From IMG/VR virus record IMGVR_UViG_3300042539_001740: a DNA stretch of 64,000 nt. The stretch is one strand, 5' to 3'. Source of the DNA: a virus (taxonomy: Duplodnaviria; Caudoviricetes). This document shows, piece after piece, positions 10,459-20,844 of this stretch. Both the position numbers and the translations under genes were made by a program. The stretch's first letter is position 1, and each line of letters opens with the position of its first letter. The notes under the pieces were generated by a model. It saw nothing but the letters and a program-made list of their open reading frames with translations, made no database searches and had not been told where the DNA came from.

Positions 10459-11105
10459 TATATTATTTGTTTGAGTATTGGTTCTAACTCTTTCAAACTT
10501 GTGATTGAGTCATATTTATTTATATCCTTATTATAATCAGTACTAAATTTGATTACCTTTTTGTCTTTTGGATGATTCAATAATAGGTTAGGATTTGCTG
10601 TAAGTAAAACATCAAATTCATCCCACAAAGAATTTATTGTGATATTAGAATAGAAGACAATCTTTTCCAATTCACACCCAAACTTAGATAAAAAGAAAAG
10701 AGTCGCTGGTTTAGATTTTCCAATTTCATCTGAAACCAAAAGAAAATCAACATTTTGTCTCAGATTATGATAAACATCATTTAAATCATAGAAAGTTGAC
10801 ATTTCTATTGAGGGAGCATGACCAAATAGTTCCATACAATATTCTTCATACATAAATGTATAATATTCCTCTTCATTTTGAAACGCAAAATGGTTCTTCA
10901 AATCCAAACTACTGACATCCGATAAAATTTTGTACTCAAATGGTTCTGAAACATTTTGGATTTCTGTATTACCTGATAAATCAATTGTATACGTTGGATT
11001 TAGGTACTCACTTTGTGGGGAATCAATTAAATGTTTTTCGTATAGTTGTTTAAATTTACCAATAGTATCTCTTAAAACCCCATTAATATCTATAGCTATC
11101 CTCAT
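10458..11105 (-). CDS. HAD-family 5'(3')-deoxyribonucleotidase-like protein
   Basis: MRIAIDINGVLRD HAD motif I; the second Asp is replaced by Asn. Confidence 0.6.
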   Translation of the reverse strand: MRIAIDINGVLRDTIGKFKQLYEKHLIDSPQSEYLNPTYTIDLSGNTEIQNVSEPFEYKILSDVSSLDLKNHFAFQNEEEYYTFMYEEYCMELFGHAPSIEMSTFYDLNDVYHNLRQNVDFLLVSDEIGKSKPATLFFLSKFGCELEKIVFYSNITINSLWDEFDVLLTANPNLLLNHPKDKKVIKFSTDYNKDINKYDSITSLKELEPILKQII

Positions 11106-11827
11106 TTATCTTCGTATCTTCTTAAGATTTTACCAATTAATGGATTTCTTACAACGTCTTGATTAGAGAATTCAAAAATACCCACATCATCAAGTTCTTT
11201 AAACTTTTTAATGGCATCATAAAGTCCTGTATGTGTTTTATCTTTGTACCTATCCGTTTGTTCAAGGTCACCACTTATGAAAAATTTACTATTGAAACCT
11301 ATCCTTGTCAAGAGTAATTTCATTTGATTTGGAGTCGAATTTTGAGCTTCTTCAAATATCAAGATTGAGTTGTCAATATTCATACCTCTCATATACGCCA
11401 AGGCAAAAACTTCGATGATATCGTTTTCTTTAAGTTTTTCTCTTGCTTCCTTCCCAATAATTTTGTTCATCAAATAATATGAAGGAAAAATATATGGGTC
11501 TAATTTTTCTTCTACGTTTCCAGGTAATGCACCTAATTTTTCTTCCGCTTCTACAGCTGGTCTTACGATAATTATTTTCTCATATGGTGACTGAGGGTCA
11601 GCTAATAAGTCAATTGCTGCCTTCATTGCTATATATGATTTACCAACACCTGCTGGTCCTGAACAAATTGTTATTTGATTTTTTTTAAGTAAATCATAAT
11701 AAAACTTTTGATTCTCAGTCAGGAATTTTTCTTTCGACTTTTTTTTAATAATCTCAGAAATTATTTCTTTCTTAGTTTTTTTTGTTTCAGTTTCCTGAGG
11801 TTGTGTTGGTTTTTTTCTTTGTGTCAT
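11102..11827 (-). CDS. phoH: PhoH-like ATPase
   Basis: GPAGVGKS Walker A, RPAVE, GALPG, YMRG, EEAQN, GDLEQ, VVRNPLI. Confidence 0.93.
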   Translation of the reverse strand: MTQRKKPTQPQETETKKTKKEIISEIIKKKSKEKFLTENQKFYYDLLKKNQITICSGPAGVGKSYIAMKAAIDLLADPQSPYEKIIIVRPAVEAEEKLGALPGNVEEKLDPYIFPSYYLMNKIIGKEAREKLKENDIIEVFALAYMRGMNIDNSILIFEEAQNSTPNQMKLLLTRIGFNSKFFISGDLEQTDRYKDKTHTGLYDAIKKFKELDDVGIFEFSNQDVVRNPLIGKILRRYEDK

Positions 11828-11842
11828 TTAACTTTTTTTTTA

Positions 11843-12607
11843 CTATAGGTAAGTAAAATTTTTACATTTTATTTCATTTGGATACCAACCTTTTTCGGGT
11901 TGATTATAGTTTAACCAAAATTTAGGTGCTATTGTTAATTCTTTTTTATTCAACCATGCCGCCCACCATGAAAATGTTGATGCTGATATTATACAATATT
12001 TTGAAAAAAATAGAACTTTAAAATCAGTTATGACATCATTAGATATTATCTCAATATTATCAAAATACGATTTGGATAATTCGACATCATCAGTCACAAT
12101 AACAAAAGATAAATTTTTATTGTGTTGTTTTATTTCGTTAATTGCTTTTTCATAATATTTTTTAGGAATTAACCAATTGTTCGTTCCTATTTTATTATCA
12201 CCTCCTCTGATGTGAATATAACAAAATTTGTCAATAGGATATTTAGATAATATTTCATTAGTTTTTTCACAACTTTCAATTTTGAACCATTCAGTTATTA
12301 AATTTTTATACTTAGAGTAATATTTTTCTGTTTGGAAATAACCATTTAAATTTGTAAAATCTTTTACCCTGAAAATATTTTCATCATAATTTTGTTCAAA
12401 ACTTTCATAATAGTTGTATTTGACAAAACCATCAGATTCTCCTAAATCAATATTGGGAAAACATTTTTTTAAATGTCCACTATATGGTATATAAAATTTG
12501 TAATTATTTTCCATTGCAACTATACGACAAATTGAATATTGGAACATATGGTTACCAAGAGCAATGTTTTCCTCAACAAAAACTTTATTTAAACCAACTG
12601 TAATCAT
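11843..12607 (-). CDS. Alpha-1,2-fucosyltransferase-like (GT11)
   Basis: LGNHMFQY, GYFQTEKY, HIRGGD, STFSWWAAWL. Confidence 0.85.
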   Translation of the reverse strand: MITVGLNKVFVEENIALGNHMFQYSICRIVAMENNYKFYIPYSGHLKKCFPNIDLGESDGFVKYNYYESFEQNYDENIFRVKDFTNLNGYFQTEKYYSKYKNLITEWFKIESCEKTNEILSKYPIDKFCYIHIRGGDNKIGTNNWLIPKKYYEKAINEIKQHNKNLSFVIVTDDVELSKSYFDNIEIISNDVITDFKVLFFSKYCIISASTFSWWAAWLNKKELTIAPKFWLNYNQPEKGWYPNEIKCKNFTYL

Positions 12608-12609
12608 TT

Positions 12610-13335
12610 TTAAAATTCTTTTAACATTTCTTTTATACTTGGGTACATAGTGAAATTTTGGGAATCCTCATTTATTTCTTCCTTAGCATCCATCAAAATT
12701 ATTCCCCTTGCTGCATCTTCAGGAGTCATATACATATGATAACCAAACATTTTTATATGTTCACTATTTGTGTAAGGTGTGGTCAAATCTCTACCATCAT
12801 AAGAGGAAAGTTTTAACCATTTGTAGGCTTGCTCGTCATTTGTTAGTATCATTCCACCTTTACCAATCGGAATTATCTTTTTAATTTGAAAAGATAAAAC
12901 TTGTAGTGCATCTCCACCAACAAACATATTTTTAGTGAATCTACCTGCCCCATCCCAAATTCTAGTATTTTTTAGTTGATAAATCCCTTTCCATTCTACA
13001 TCTTCAATTTCAAAATCTAAACCAGAATGTTTTATTTGCATAGGGACTGAAATATATGTCCTATCAGGTATTATTATTTTGTTTTTACCATCGAGTTCCC
13101 CAATGTGTTGTAGATACTTGAGACTTAAGAAAATACCATTGGAGCAACAATCTACACTCACAGCATATTTACAAGCAGAAAAGTCAGCTACTTTTTTCTC
13201 AAAAATATCGATTACTTCTCTTGGGTCACTCCATTCATAACCTAATTTTTTAATTAAATCCAATTCAGGTCTTTGTAGTTCTTTAGGTATCTTCCCCAAA
13301 GGCCAAACATTATACTTATATTTGTTTTCACTCAT
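12610..13335 (-). CDS. Short DegT/DnrJ/EryC1 PLP-dependent sugar aminotransferase
   Basis: AVSVDCCSNGIFL, SFQIKK..IGKGGMILTND. Confidence 0.8.
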   Translation of the reverse strand: MSENKYKYNVWPLGKIPKELQRPELDLIKKLGYEWSDPREVIDIFEKKVADFSACKYAVSVDCCSNGIFLSLKYLQHIGELDGKNKIIIPDRTYISVPMQIKHSGLDFEIEDVEWKGIYQLKNTRIWDGAGRFTKNMFVGGDALQVLSFQIKKIIPIGKGGMILTNDEQAYKWLKLSSYDGRDLTTPYTNSEHIKMFGYHMYMTPEDAARGIILMDAKEEINEDSQNFTMYPSIKEMLKEF

Positions 13336-13855
13336 TATTATATCCCATTTTTTTTGCGTTTTCTATTATTTTTGTAGGATTTATTTTTTTTACTAATTTA
13401 GCTGGATTACCCTTATAAACACCCCATTCTTCAGTATCTCCCATCAATAAACTACCGGCAGTTAACAAAACACCTTTTCTTAATATTGTTCCAGGTAAAA
13501 CAATTGCGTTAGTACCTATGTTTGAAAATTCCTCCATAATTACAGGTTTTGTTATTTGGTTACCTTTCAATTCTTTCGGGATTAGTACACCAAATAGTCC
13601 ACTTTCATCAAATCTGTCTGATGAACAAATTATCCTTACACCAGCCATAATATTATTAAATCCTTTTACAATGAACTCACTATTTATACCACCTATACAA
13701 GTGACATAGGGTGATATATGAATATAATTACCTAAGGTCAATGAAGTTGTACAATAGAATCCTTTATCAATTGCAATATGATTACCCATTTTCACAAGGT
13801 GAGGACGTTTTATTACAACCCCATCTTCTATTATAACATCTTGCCCTATTATCAT
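13328..13855 (-). CDS. Hexapeptide-repeat (LbH) acyltransferase; start revised to 13855
   Basis: IGQDV-type hexapeptide repeats, IGTNAIVLPG, GNPAK; ATGA overlap with the upstream stop. Confidence 0.8.
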   Translation of the reverse strand: MIIGQDVIIEDGVVIKRPHLVKMGNHIAIDKGFYCTTSLTLGNYIHISPYVTCIGGINSEFIVKGFNNIMAGVRIICSSDRFDESGLFGVLIPKELKGNQITKPVIMEEFSNIGTNAIVLPGTILRKGVLLTAGSLLMGDTEEWGVYKGNPAKLVKKINPTKIIENAKKMGYNNE

Positions 13856-14364
13856 TTCCAACCTGTTAATTGTAATGTATATCGCATATCTTGTCCAATA
13901 TTTGCCGCCATATGTTTTGTATTTCCATACCATGCCACAAAAGTACCTGCTTTATAGTTAAAAAAAGGTTGACCATCAACTTCAAAATAGTGTCCACTTT
14001 TCCAATCCTCCAAAAAGATTAAAACTCTATGGATTTGATTTAATTCCAAATTGAATTTTTTTCTATACACATTATAGTGGTCACTATGTGTGGGTAATAT
14101 AACCCCTGTTTCCATACGATAATAACAAACACCAATGTCTTTTAGACCAAGATTTTCTTCTACATATTTTACAAACTTATCTGTCCAAATTGGATGGTTC
14201 TCGCCAAATGGACACATCATGCCTGAAAATAACTCAACATCTTGTTTATATCCTAAATTACGCCAATTTTCGATATCACTTTGGTTGTTAAAAATTTCTC
14301 GTTTATAATTTAAATTTTTAAATTCGTCATCCCAAAATTTTTCTATTTTACCTTGACTCCACAT
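13852..14364 (-). CDS. 2OG-Fe(II) oxygenase-like protein
   Basis: HxD (THSD), distal His (TKH) and Arg (DMR) on a jelly-roll pattern. Confidence 0.7.
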   Translation of the reverse strand: MWSQGKIEKFWDDEFKNLNYKREIFNNQSDIENWRNLGYKQDVELFSGMMCPFGENHPIWTDKFVKYVEENLGLKDIGVCYYRMETGVILPTHSDHYNVYRKKFNLELNQIHRVLIFLEDWKSGHYFEVDGQPFFNYKAGTFVAWYGNTKHMAANIGQDMRYTLQLTGWK

Positions 14365-14378
14365 ATTTTTATAATTTT

Positions 14379-15620
14379 TTAAGAAATTCCGATTTTTATT
14401 ATTTCGACTTCATTTTGTTCTTTCATAAATCTCCATGGGTCAATAACTATTGAACCTGATGGAAACTGATAATCCAAAAAAGCATCGTGATTCGTTCCTA
14501 TGAAAAATATTGATTTTTTATTGATTGGTGGTTCTTCTGAATCAATCCAAGGGTCAAACATTTCAACGATTATATTTTTTTCATCTAAAATATTCTTCAA
14601 AAGAATTGCTGTACTACCAACAATCAAGTTTGTTTCCTTTTTGAAAGTTTTTCCCAATATTACTATTGGTAAATTATGTTGATTTCTTTTTTCAATAAGT
14701 AAATCAGCTAACCATTCTGTTTGTTTTTCTCTACATTCCATCAAATTACTATACCAGTCAAAACTCAGATTTTCTTTTTGTGCTAACCAAGAAAGAGCTA
14801 TGTTGTCTCTTGGATGGCAACCACCACCATCCCCCATACCACCTAAAAGGTATTTTGTACTTATTAATCTTTGGTTGGCCATAAATAGACCTTTCATTAC
14901 ATTGTCACAATTTATGTTGTTTAATTTGTGTGATAACTCCATAATTGTGTTAGCCAAACAAATTTTCATAGTGATGTACGTATTATAACTTACTTTTATC
15001 ATTTCAGCTTCCTCTATAGTACATTTATAAATTGGTTTATTATGTAATGTTGAATAAAAGTTTGTTACTACATTGTAAGCATTTTCATCATCAACACCAA
15101 ACAAAACAAATTCAGGGTTCATAAAATCATTTATAGTTGTTCCCATAGCAATAAAAAATGGGTTGTAACATAATTTAAGTTTATCACATAATAATGGTTT
15201 TATTTGATTTCTAATCGTTCCTGGTAAAACTGTTGAAATAATTACAACTATTTTTTCGTTTGGTTGATTGTCTATTTCCTTGGAAAGGTTTTTCATACCC
15301 TCAATCAAAAAAGAATAGTCAAAATCCACTCTTTCTTCAGGAATTCTGGTAACTCCCTCATATTTTTCATTATGTGGGGTTTGAATTGGTACAAATATAA
15401 TATCTGAATTATTTACTACTTGAGAGATATCAGACCATATAATACTATGAGTATCCAAAAGTTCTTGGGCGCCCTCCTCTCTATAAGGTAATTTTTTTTC
15501 ATCAAGAATTTTTTTAACTTTTTTATCTATATCAAAACCATAAATTTTATGTCCTTTTTTTTCGATAGCTAAAGCACAAGGTAATCCTAACTTACCCAAA
15601 CCTAAAAAACCTATATTCAT
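14379..15620 (-). CDS. ugd: UDP-glucose/GDP-mannose dehydrogenase family protein
   Basis: GLGKLGL Rossmann motif, YNPFF, EMIKVSYN, GGGCHPRD catalytic Cys. Confidence 0.9.
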   Translation of the reverse strand: MNIGFLGLGKLGLPCALAIEKKGHKIYGFDIDKKVKKILDEKKLPYREEGAQELLDTHSIIWSDISQVVNNSDIIFVPIQTPHNEKYEGVTRIPEERVDFDYSFLIEGMKNLSKEIDNQPNEKIVVIISTVLPGTIRNQIKPLLCDKLKLCYNPFFIAMGTTINDFMNPEFVLFGVDDENAYNVVTNFYSTLHNKPIYKCTIEEAEMIKVSYNTYITMKICLANTIMELSHKLNNINCDNVMKGLFMANQRLISTKYLLGGMGDGGGCHPRDNIALSWLAQKENLSFDWYSNLMECREKQTEWLADLLIEKRNQHNLPIVILGKTFKKETNLIVGSTAILLKNILDEKNIIVEMFDPWIDSEEPPINKKSIFFIGTNHDAFLDYQFPSGSIVIDPWRFMKEQNEVEIIKIGIS

Positions 15621-17356
15621 TAATCAATTATTTTTTTTTGATACATTGGTATTGGTATCATTTTATGTTTATTTTTTTTGTTCAAATCTCTAAATATTTC
15701 TAAAGTATTTTTTTCATCAAATGACAAGTTTGTTTCATCGCCATGAAAATTCATTGCCCATTCTAATTTAGAATATGTTGTACCAATTTGTTCCTCATCA
15801 GTTCTGTTATCTTCCCACAAACCATCGGTGGGACTTGTATAGATAATATTTTTATTAATTTCAAGTTTTTTTGCAATTTCAATCACTTCAGTTTTGGTTA
15901 AGTCAGCTATTGGTGAAATATCAACACCACCATCACCATATTTTGTGAAAAAACCAATACCAAAATCTTCGATTTTATTACCAGTTCCAACAACTATACT
16001 ATTCAAATTACTAGCTATGTGATATAAAGTAACCATCCTTAATCGTGATTTTGTGTTAGCTAAAGATAAACTTTTAGTAAAGTTATTATTTATATTTACG
16101 TCATCTAAAAAAGTTTTATAAACAGATGTTAAGTCGATTTCCAAACTTTCAACATTTTTATAATTTTCTTTTAACCAAGAAATATGTTTTCGAGCTAATG
16201 AAAGTTGTTCTTCATTTCTATTAATTGGTAACGAAACTACGTAGGTTTTAAGTCCCGTAAGAGCACACAATGTAGATGTAACAGCAGAATCCACACCACC
16301 AGAAATGCCAATAACTAAAGACATATTAATATTTGTAGCGTAGTTTTTAATCCACTCAATGATTTCTAAATATTCAAACTCACTCAAAATTTTGTTGTAA
16401 ATTTTTTTTATATCTAATTTATTTAAATCAAAATTATTAATTTTCTCAAAAATGTGAATATTTGATTCTAAAAATTCTTTTGTAATTGTATTATAACTAT
16501 CAACTAATAATACTGGTATATTTTGAAATAGCTCCTCGAAATTTTTATTTTTAATAAGTACTGGTACGCGTTTCATATAAATTGTTTCCCAAACTCTATA
16601 ACAATCACAATTTTTAGCATTACCATCAACAGAAAGTACATAAAAGGATTTTTTAATTTCTTCTAAATAATTTTTATAATCGTCATCACCAATTGATTTT
16701 GGTGTTTGGATGTCACACCAATCAAATTGTTTGAAATAATTATTAACTTGGTTTCTAAAAATATTAGACCCAATACTATGGTTGATGTATAACAAGTTTT
16801 GTGGAGACTCAACTTTATTAATATATTCCTCTATTATATTTAATCTGTTGTCATTTTGTGATACTTTTCTTGGTAGCCCAAATGGGAATGGTCTTACAAT
16901 TTCATTTATATGAATATTCGCTGATGAAACATAAATTTTTAAAACATTCTTAGGTATTCTTTCAAATATTTCTTCATCTATATTTGTATCATCTAAACCA
17001 GTAAAAATTATAAAGTTTAAATAATCAAGTTCTTGACATAATTTTAACAAGTCTTGATTAAAAAAGTTATTGTATAATTCTAATTTTTTCGATTTGTGTT
17101 CTTCAAAATTGTTGTTTGGAAATTCTTCCATATTTGTAAAAATAGAAGATATATTTTTTTGTCTTTTATATAACCTTAAATTATCGATAAATAAAGTTAT
17201 ATTCTTTCTACCCTCTTTTTTCCAATCTTCACATTTTTGTAAAAATTCCAAATTATGTTCGTTAGCTATTTTAAGTTCCCATATATCTATACTTGTATGT
17301 GAACCAAAACAATAGTCACAAATTTCCATCAATTTAGTTGGAGAAAATAAATTCAT
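15620..17356 (-). CDS. nadE: Fusion: exostosin/GT47-like N-terminal domain plus NH3-dependent NAD+ synthetase (about 15623-16387)
   Basis: C-half has SGGVDS, NTKSRLRMVTLY, GTGNKIE, FFTKYGDGGVDISPIADLTK, PTDGLW; N-half is paralogous to 17334-18272. Confidence 0.85.
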   Translation of the reverse strand: MNLFSPTKLMEICDYCFGSHTSIDIWELKIANEHNLEFLQKCEDWKKEGRKNITLFIDNLRLYKRQKNISSIFTNMEEFPNNNFEEHKSKKLELYNNFFNQDLLKLCQELDYLNFIIFTGLDDTNIDEEIFERIPKNVLKIYVSSANIHINEIVRPFPFGLPRKVSQNDNRLNIIEEYINKVESPQNLLYINHSIGSNIFRNQVNNYFKQFDWCDIQTPKSIGDDDYKNYLEEIKKSFYVLSVDGNAKNCDCYRVWETIYMKRVPVLIKNKNFEELFQNIPVLLVDSYNTITKEFLESNIHIFEKINNFDLNKLDIKKIYNKILSEFEYLEIIEWIKNYATNINMSLVIGISGGVDSAVTSTLCALTGLKTYVVSLPINRNEEQLSLARKHISWLKENYKNVESLEIDLTSVYKTFLDDVNINNNFTKSLSLANTKSRLRMVTLYHIASNLNSIVVGTGNKIEDFGIGFFTKYGDGGVDISPIADLTKTEVIEIAKKLEINKNIIYTSPTDGLWEDNRTDEEQIGTTYSKLEWAMNFHGDETNLSFDEKNTLEIFRDLNKKNKHKMIPIPMYQKKIID

Positions 17357-18272
17357 ATTTTAAATTGTTTAAATCAAAATTGGACATCTCATCAAATAGA
17401 TGTGAATTATCTAAAAGTAGTTTTTCAGTCACTTCAGAAAAATCTTTCACAAAAAGTACTGGAATATCTTTGTAAATTTCTCTTAAATAACTTGTATCAA
17501 GAACTATTGGTACCCTTTTCATATATATTGTTTCCCAATCTCTGTGACAATCACAACCTATTGCGTTACCATCAGGACAAAATACAAATTTGTGTTTTTT
17601 TAAATTAATTAAATAATTAGAATAATTTAATTTGTTAATTTCTATCGTTACCCAACTTTCATTTCGAAAAGAATCAATTATTTTTTTTCTATTTGGGTTA
17701 GTTATTGAAAAATTTAAATAAGCTAATTTCGTTGGGGTGATTTCAACATTGATTGTTTGTTTAAGAATTTCATGATTATTGTCAAATTGATTTAATTTCC
17801 TTTTTATACCATAAGGTATGGGTACTACTTTTCCACCAAAGGATATTGCATTAGAAGCATAAATTTTTAACACATTTTCTGGAATTTTATCAAAAATTTC
17901 ATCATCTATTGGTGTGTCCTCAAACCCTGTGTAAATTATAAAATTCATATTTTTTATTTGTCCACAAAGGAACAACAAATCATTTTTTAAAAAAAAATCT
18001 GCAACAACTTTATCTTTATAGATGCGTAATTGTTCATTGTTCAATTCACCAGCTGTGTATTTTATACCATCTCTCTTGTACAATCGTATGTTGTCTATAA
18101 ATAAAGTCATATGTTTTTTTCCTTGTTTGATACACTCATCGACTTTATTTAAAAACTCAAAATTTGACAAATTTGCATCTTTTATTGACACTAAACCATT
18201 TTGATATCCTGATTGGTCACCGAATGAATAATCACAATTAATATGAAAAAAAGTGGGTTCTAGTAACTTCAT
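17334..18272 (-). CDS. Exostosin/GT47-like protein
   Basis: HKFVFCPDGNAIGCDCHRDWETIYMKRVPIV resembles the exostosin 'F.LCP.G....HR.WE.L.....P' motif. Confidence 0.7.
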   Translation of the reverse strand: MKLLEPTFFHINCDYSFGDQSGYQNGLVSIKDANLSNFEFLNKVDECIKQGKKHMTLFIDNIRLYKRDGIKYTAGELNNEQLRIYKDKVVADFFLKNDLLFLCGQIKNMNFIIYTGFEDTPIDDEIFDKIPENVLKIYASNAISFGGKVVPIPYGIKRKLNQFDNNHEILKQTINVEITPTKLAYLNFSITNPNRKKIIDSFRNESWVTIEINKLNYSNYLINLKKHKFVFCPDGNAIGCDCHRDWETIYMKRVPIVLDTSYLREIYKDIPVLFVKDFSEVTEKLLLDNSHLFDEMSNFDLNNLKYEFIFSN

Positions 18273-20833
18273 TTAAACAATTCTTTTTTATGTAAATCCA
18301 TTATGGAAATAAATTTAACCCCCATTTCCACTAAATCTTGGTTATTTTTTAATATTTCATCAAAAAAATTCCAAGCCATAACAACCACTAAATCAGGTTT
18401 ATCTGTCTTAAGTTCATTGATACTTTTTATTGGAACTCGAATTCCAGGTATAATTTTGTTAACTTTAAGTTTGTTATCTTCGACAATATAATCTAAGTAA
18501 GTTGAATCAATTCCAAAATAGTTTAAACTTGTGGTAGCTTTAGCTGGTGAACCATAACCAACAATTTTATTATATTTGTTTCTCAACTTATTAAAATTTT
18601 CTCTGACATTTGTTCTTATTTCAGAAACCTTGACCTCAAAATTTTTATAAATTGTTTTATTTTGGATTCCAAAGTCTTGTTCCAACTTTATAAATTTTTC
18701 TACAGAAAAATCTTTGTTGTTGTTTTTACCTACATACACCCTAATAGAACCACCATGTGTATTAATTTCCTCTACCCTGTTAAGAAATAAACCAAACCTA
18801 TCAAAGAATTTAATTAGAGAAGTAATAGTCCAATAGTTTACATGTTCATGATATATATTGTCAAATGTTAGGTCTTCCATTGTTTTAATGAAGTATTGTA
18901 CTTCAACTATAAAGGTACCATCACTCTTTAATATTTTTTTGACACCATTTACAATGTCATCCAATTCATCACTATGTGCAAAAACATTTGATGCTGTAAC
19001 GAGAGACACTTTTCCAAAATTTTCTAAAATTGTATTTACAACATTTGAATTAAAAAAATCATTTATTGTATATATACCATTATCGTTACATAGTTTAGCC
19101 AAGTTTGTTGCAGGTTCAATACCAATAACTTTTATACCCATTTCTTTCAAAGGACTTAAGAAGACACCATCATTTGAACCAATATCAACAACAATAGAAT
19201 CTGAATTTAATTTAAAGTCTTGGACATATTGTTTTGCTGCATTTTGAAAATGTTTTTTGAAGGTTTGTGTTGTTGACGAAGTATACAAGTAGTTACTAAA
19301 CATTTCTGTTGGAGGGGCAACAATAGATAATTGTACATTTTCACACTTGTTACAATGTTTTATTTCAAGAGGATATAGTTTTTCAATGTCTGATTCTGAA
19401 CTTAATAAGTTATTTGCCAAAGGAGAAAGTCCTAAAGACAAAACATCATTTAGTTTTTGATTATTACAGACTCTACATTGATACTTGTAGTTAGATACGA
19501 TTATTTCTTTTAACTTTTCATCCACTAAAATATAAGGTATAGTATGAGTGATACCATAATTTTCATGCTCTCTTTCACCTCGAACTAAATTTAAAAAAAC
19601 AGAATCCTCTAAAAAAACCATTGTATGTGCAACATTTGGTCGAATTACTGATAAGTCACCAGCATTAACGATTCTAGTTTCGATTACTGAATTTGAATCA
19701 GCTAAGTCTTTGGTTACACTTACATATTTACCTGAGATTAATAAACATTTTTGTTCTTGAATTGGATGGTAATGATTTGCACGAATTGTATTAGCTTTGG
19801 ATTCTATATAACCAATTAAATTAATTGGTTCAGTCAATTCATAGTTTAAAATTCTTCCTCTACTATCAACAAATTCTTTGTTTCCTTCGATGAAATATTC
19901 TAACTCTTGAACTGGTTTCTTTTCACTCCAGTTGGTTACCATTTCATCTATTGAGTTTTCAATATTGTAAAGAAAATTAAATCCCTTTGATAAAAGTTTT
20001 TTATTGGAAAGTGTATATCCCAAATTAGGGATTTCATCGTTTGTTTCTAAAATATTAACTTTAGGGTTTATTTTTTTACAAATTTCGGCGACCTCCTTTA
20101 TAGTTAAGTTTTCGTTAGTTATATGAAAAATTTCTTTGTTCATTTCCGATTCTGCTAAAAATTTCATACTTCTCACAACATCTAATATGTTAACTAAACT
20201 TTTGTATTGAACTCCACCAGAAAACAATTTAATTGTCCCATTAGATGAGGTAATTTTAGAAAAAAGATTTGGCATAATGTTTATCCTCATCGTATCGGTA
20301 GAATAACCATAAACAGTACCTAATCTTAAAATAAGATAGTTTAAATCAGAATTAATAATATCTTGTTCAGACTCATATTTACCTTTGGCATATGATAACA
20401 TAGGACAAGGTGGGAATTCTTCAGAAATCTCAAATTTTGTTTCAGTTAAGCCCTCATATACAACATGTGTAGAAGGGAACACCAACTTTGTACTATTGGA
20501 CAAGTTTTTGAGTAGAACTTTTGTTGCATCAACACCATTTCTTTTAATTGTTAAATCTTTTTCGTCATTAGATTCAGTTTTAGTGTAGGCAACATCGGTT
20601 GTACCTGCCAAATGAAAAACAATATCACAATTTTCTAACAACCTTTTCATTGTATCAGTATCCGTAACATCACAATTAATGTAATTTATACCCCAATCTC
20701 GTAGTTGTTTAACTCTTTCGGAAATAAATCTGTTGTCAATAACAATAATTTCTTTGTATCTTGCTTCACCTGAGTATAATTTACAAAGTTCAGTTCCTAT
20801 GTAACCCAATCCACCTGTTATAATAATTTTCAT
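18269..20833 (-). CDS. Three-domain NDP-sugar enzyme: SDR epimerase/dehydratase + cupin + NDP-hexose 3-C-methyltransferase
   Basis: GGLGYIG and YxxxK; RANHYH cupin; CRVC, DIGSNDG, IYHEHVNY, HGGSIR, GYGSPAK. Confidence 0.85.
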   Translation of the reverse strand: MKIIITGGLGYIGTELCKLYSGEARYKEIIVIDNRFISERVKQLRDWGINYINCDVTDTDTMKRLLENCDIVFHLAGTTDVAYTKTESNDEKDLTIKRNGVDATKVLLKNLSNSTKLVFPSTHVVYEGLTETKFEISEEFPPCPMLSYAKGKYESEQDIINSDLNYLILRLGTVYGYSTDTMRINIMPNLFSKITSSNGTIKLFSGGVQYKSLVNILDVVRSMKFLAESEMNKEIFHITNENLTIKEVAEICKKINPKVNILETNDEIPNLGYTLSNKKLLSKGFNFLYNIENSIDEMVTNWSEKKPVQELEYFIEGNKEFVDSRGRILNYELTEPINLIGYIESKANTIRANHYHPIQEQKCLLISGKYVSVTKDLADSNSVIETRIVNAGDLSVIRPNVAHTMVFLEDSVFLNLVRGEREHENYGITHTIPYILVDEKLKEIIVSNYKYQCRVCNNQKLNDVLSLGLSPLANNLLSSESDIEKLYPLEIKHCNKCENVQLSIVAPPTEMFSNYLYTSSTTQTFKKHFQNAAKQYVQDFKLNSDSIVVDIGSNDGVFLSPLKEMGIKVIGIEPATNLAKLCNDNGIYTINDFFNSNVVNTILENFGKVSLVTASNVFAHSDELDDIVNGVKKILKSDGTFIVEVQYFIKTMEDLTFDNIYHEHVNYWTITSLIKFFDRFGLFLNRVEEINTHGGSIRVYVGKNNNKDFSVEKFIKLEQDFGIQNKTIYKNFEVKVSEIRTNVRENFNKLRNKYNKIVGYGSPAKATTSLNYFGIDSTYLDYIVEDNKLKVNKIIPGIRVPIKSINELKTDKPDLVVVMAWNFFDEILKNNQDLVEMGVKFISIMDLHKKELFK

Positions 20834-20844
20834 TAGTTTTTTTT

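Noticed and set aside
11102-11827. phoH as a novelty
   Set aside because: A very common gene in large aquatic phages
13856-13933. Longer N-terminus of the acyltransferase given in the ORF track
   Set aside because: It overlaps the oxygenase gene; the ATGA-coupled start at 13855 is more plausible
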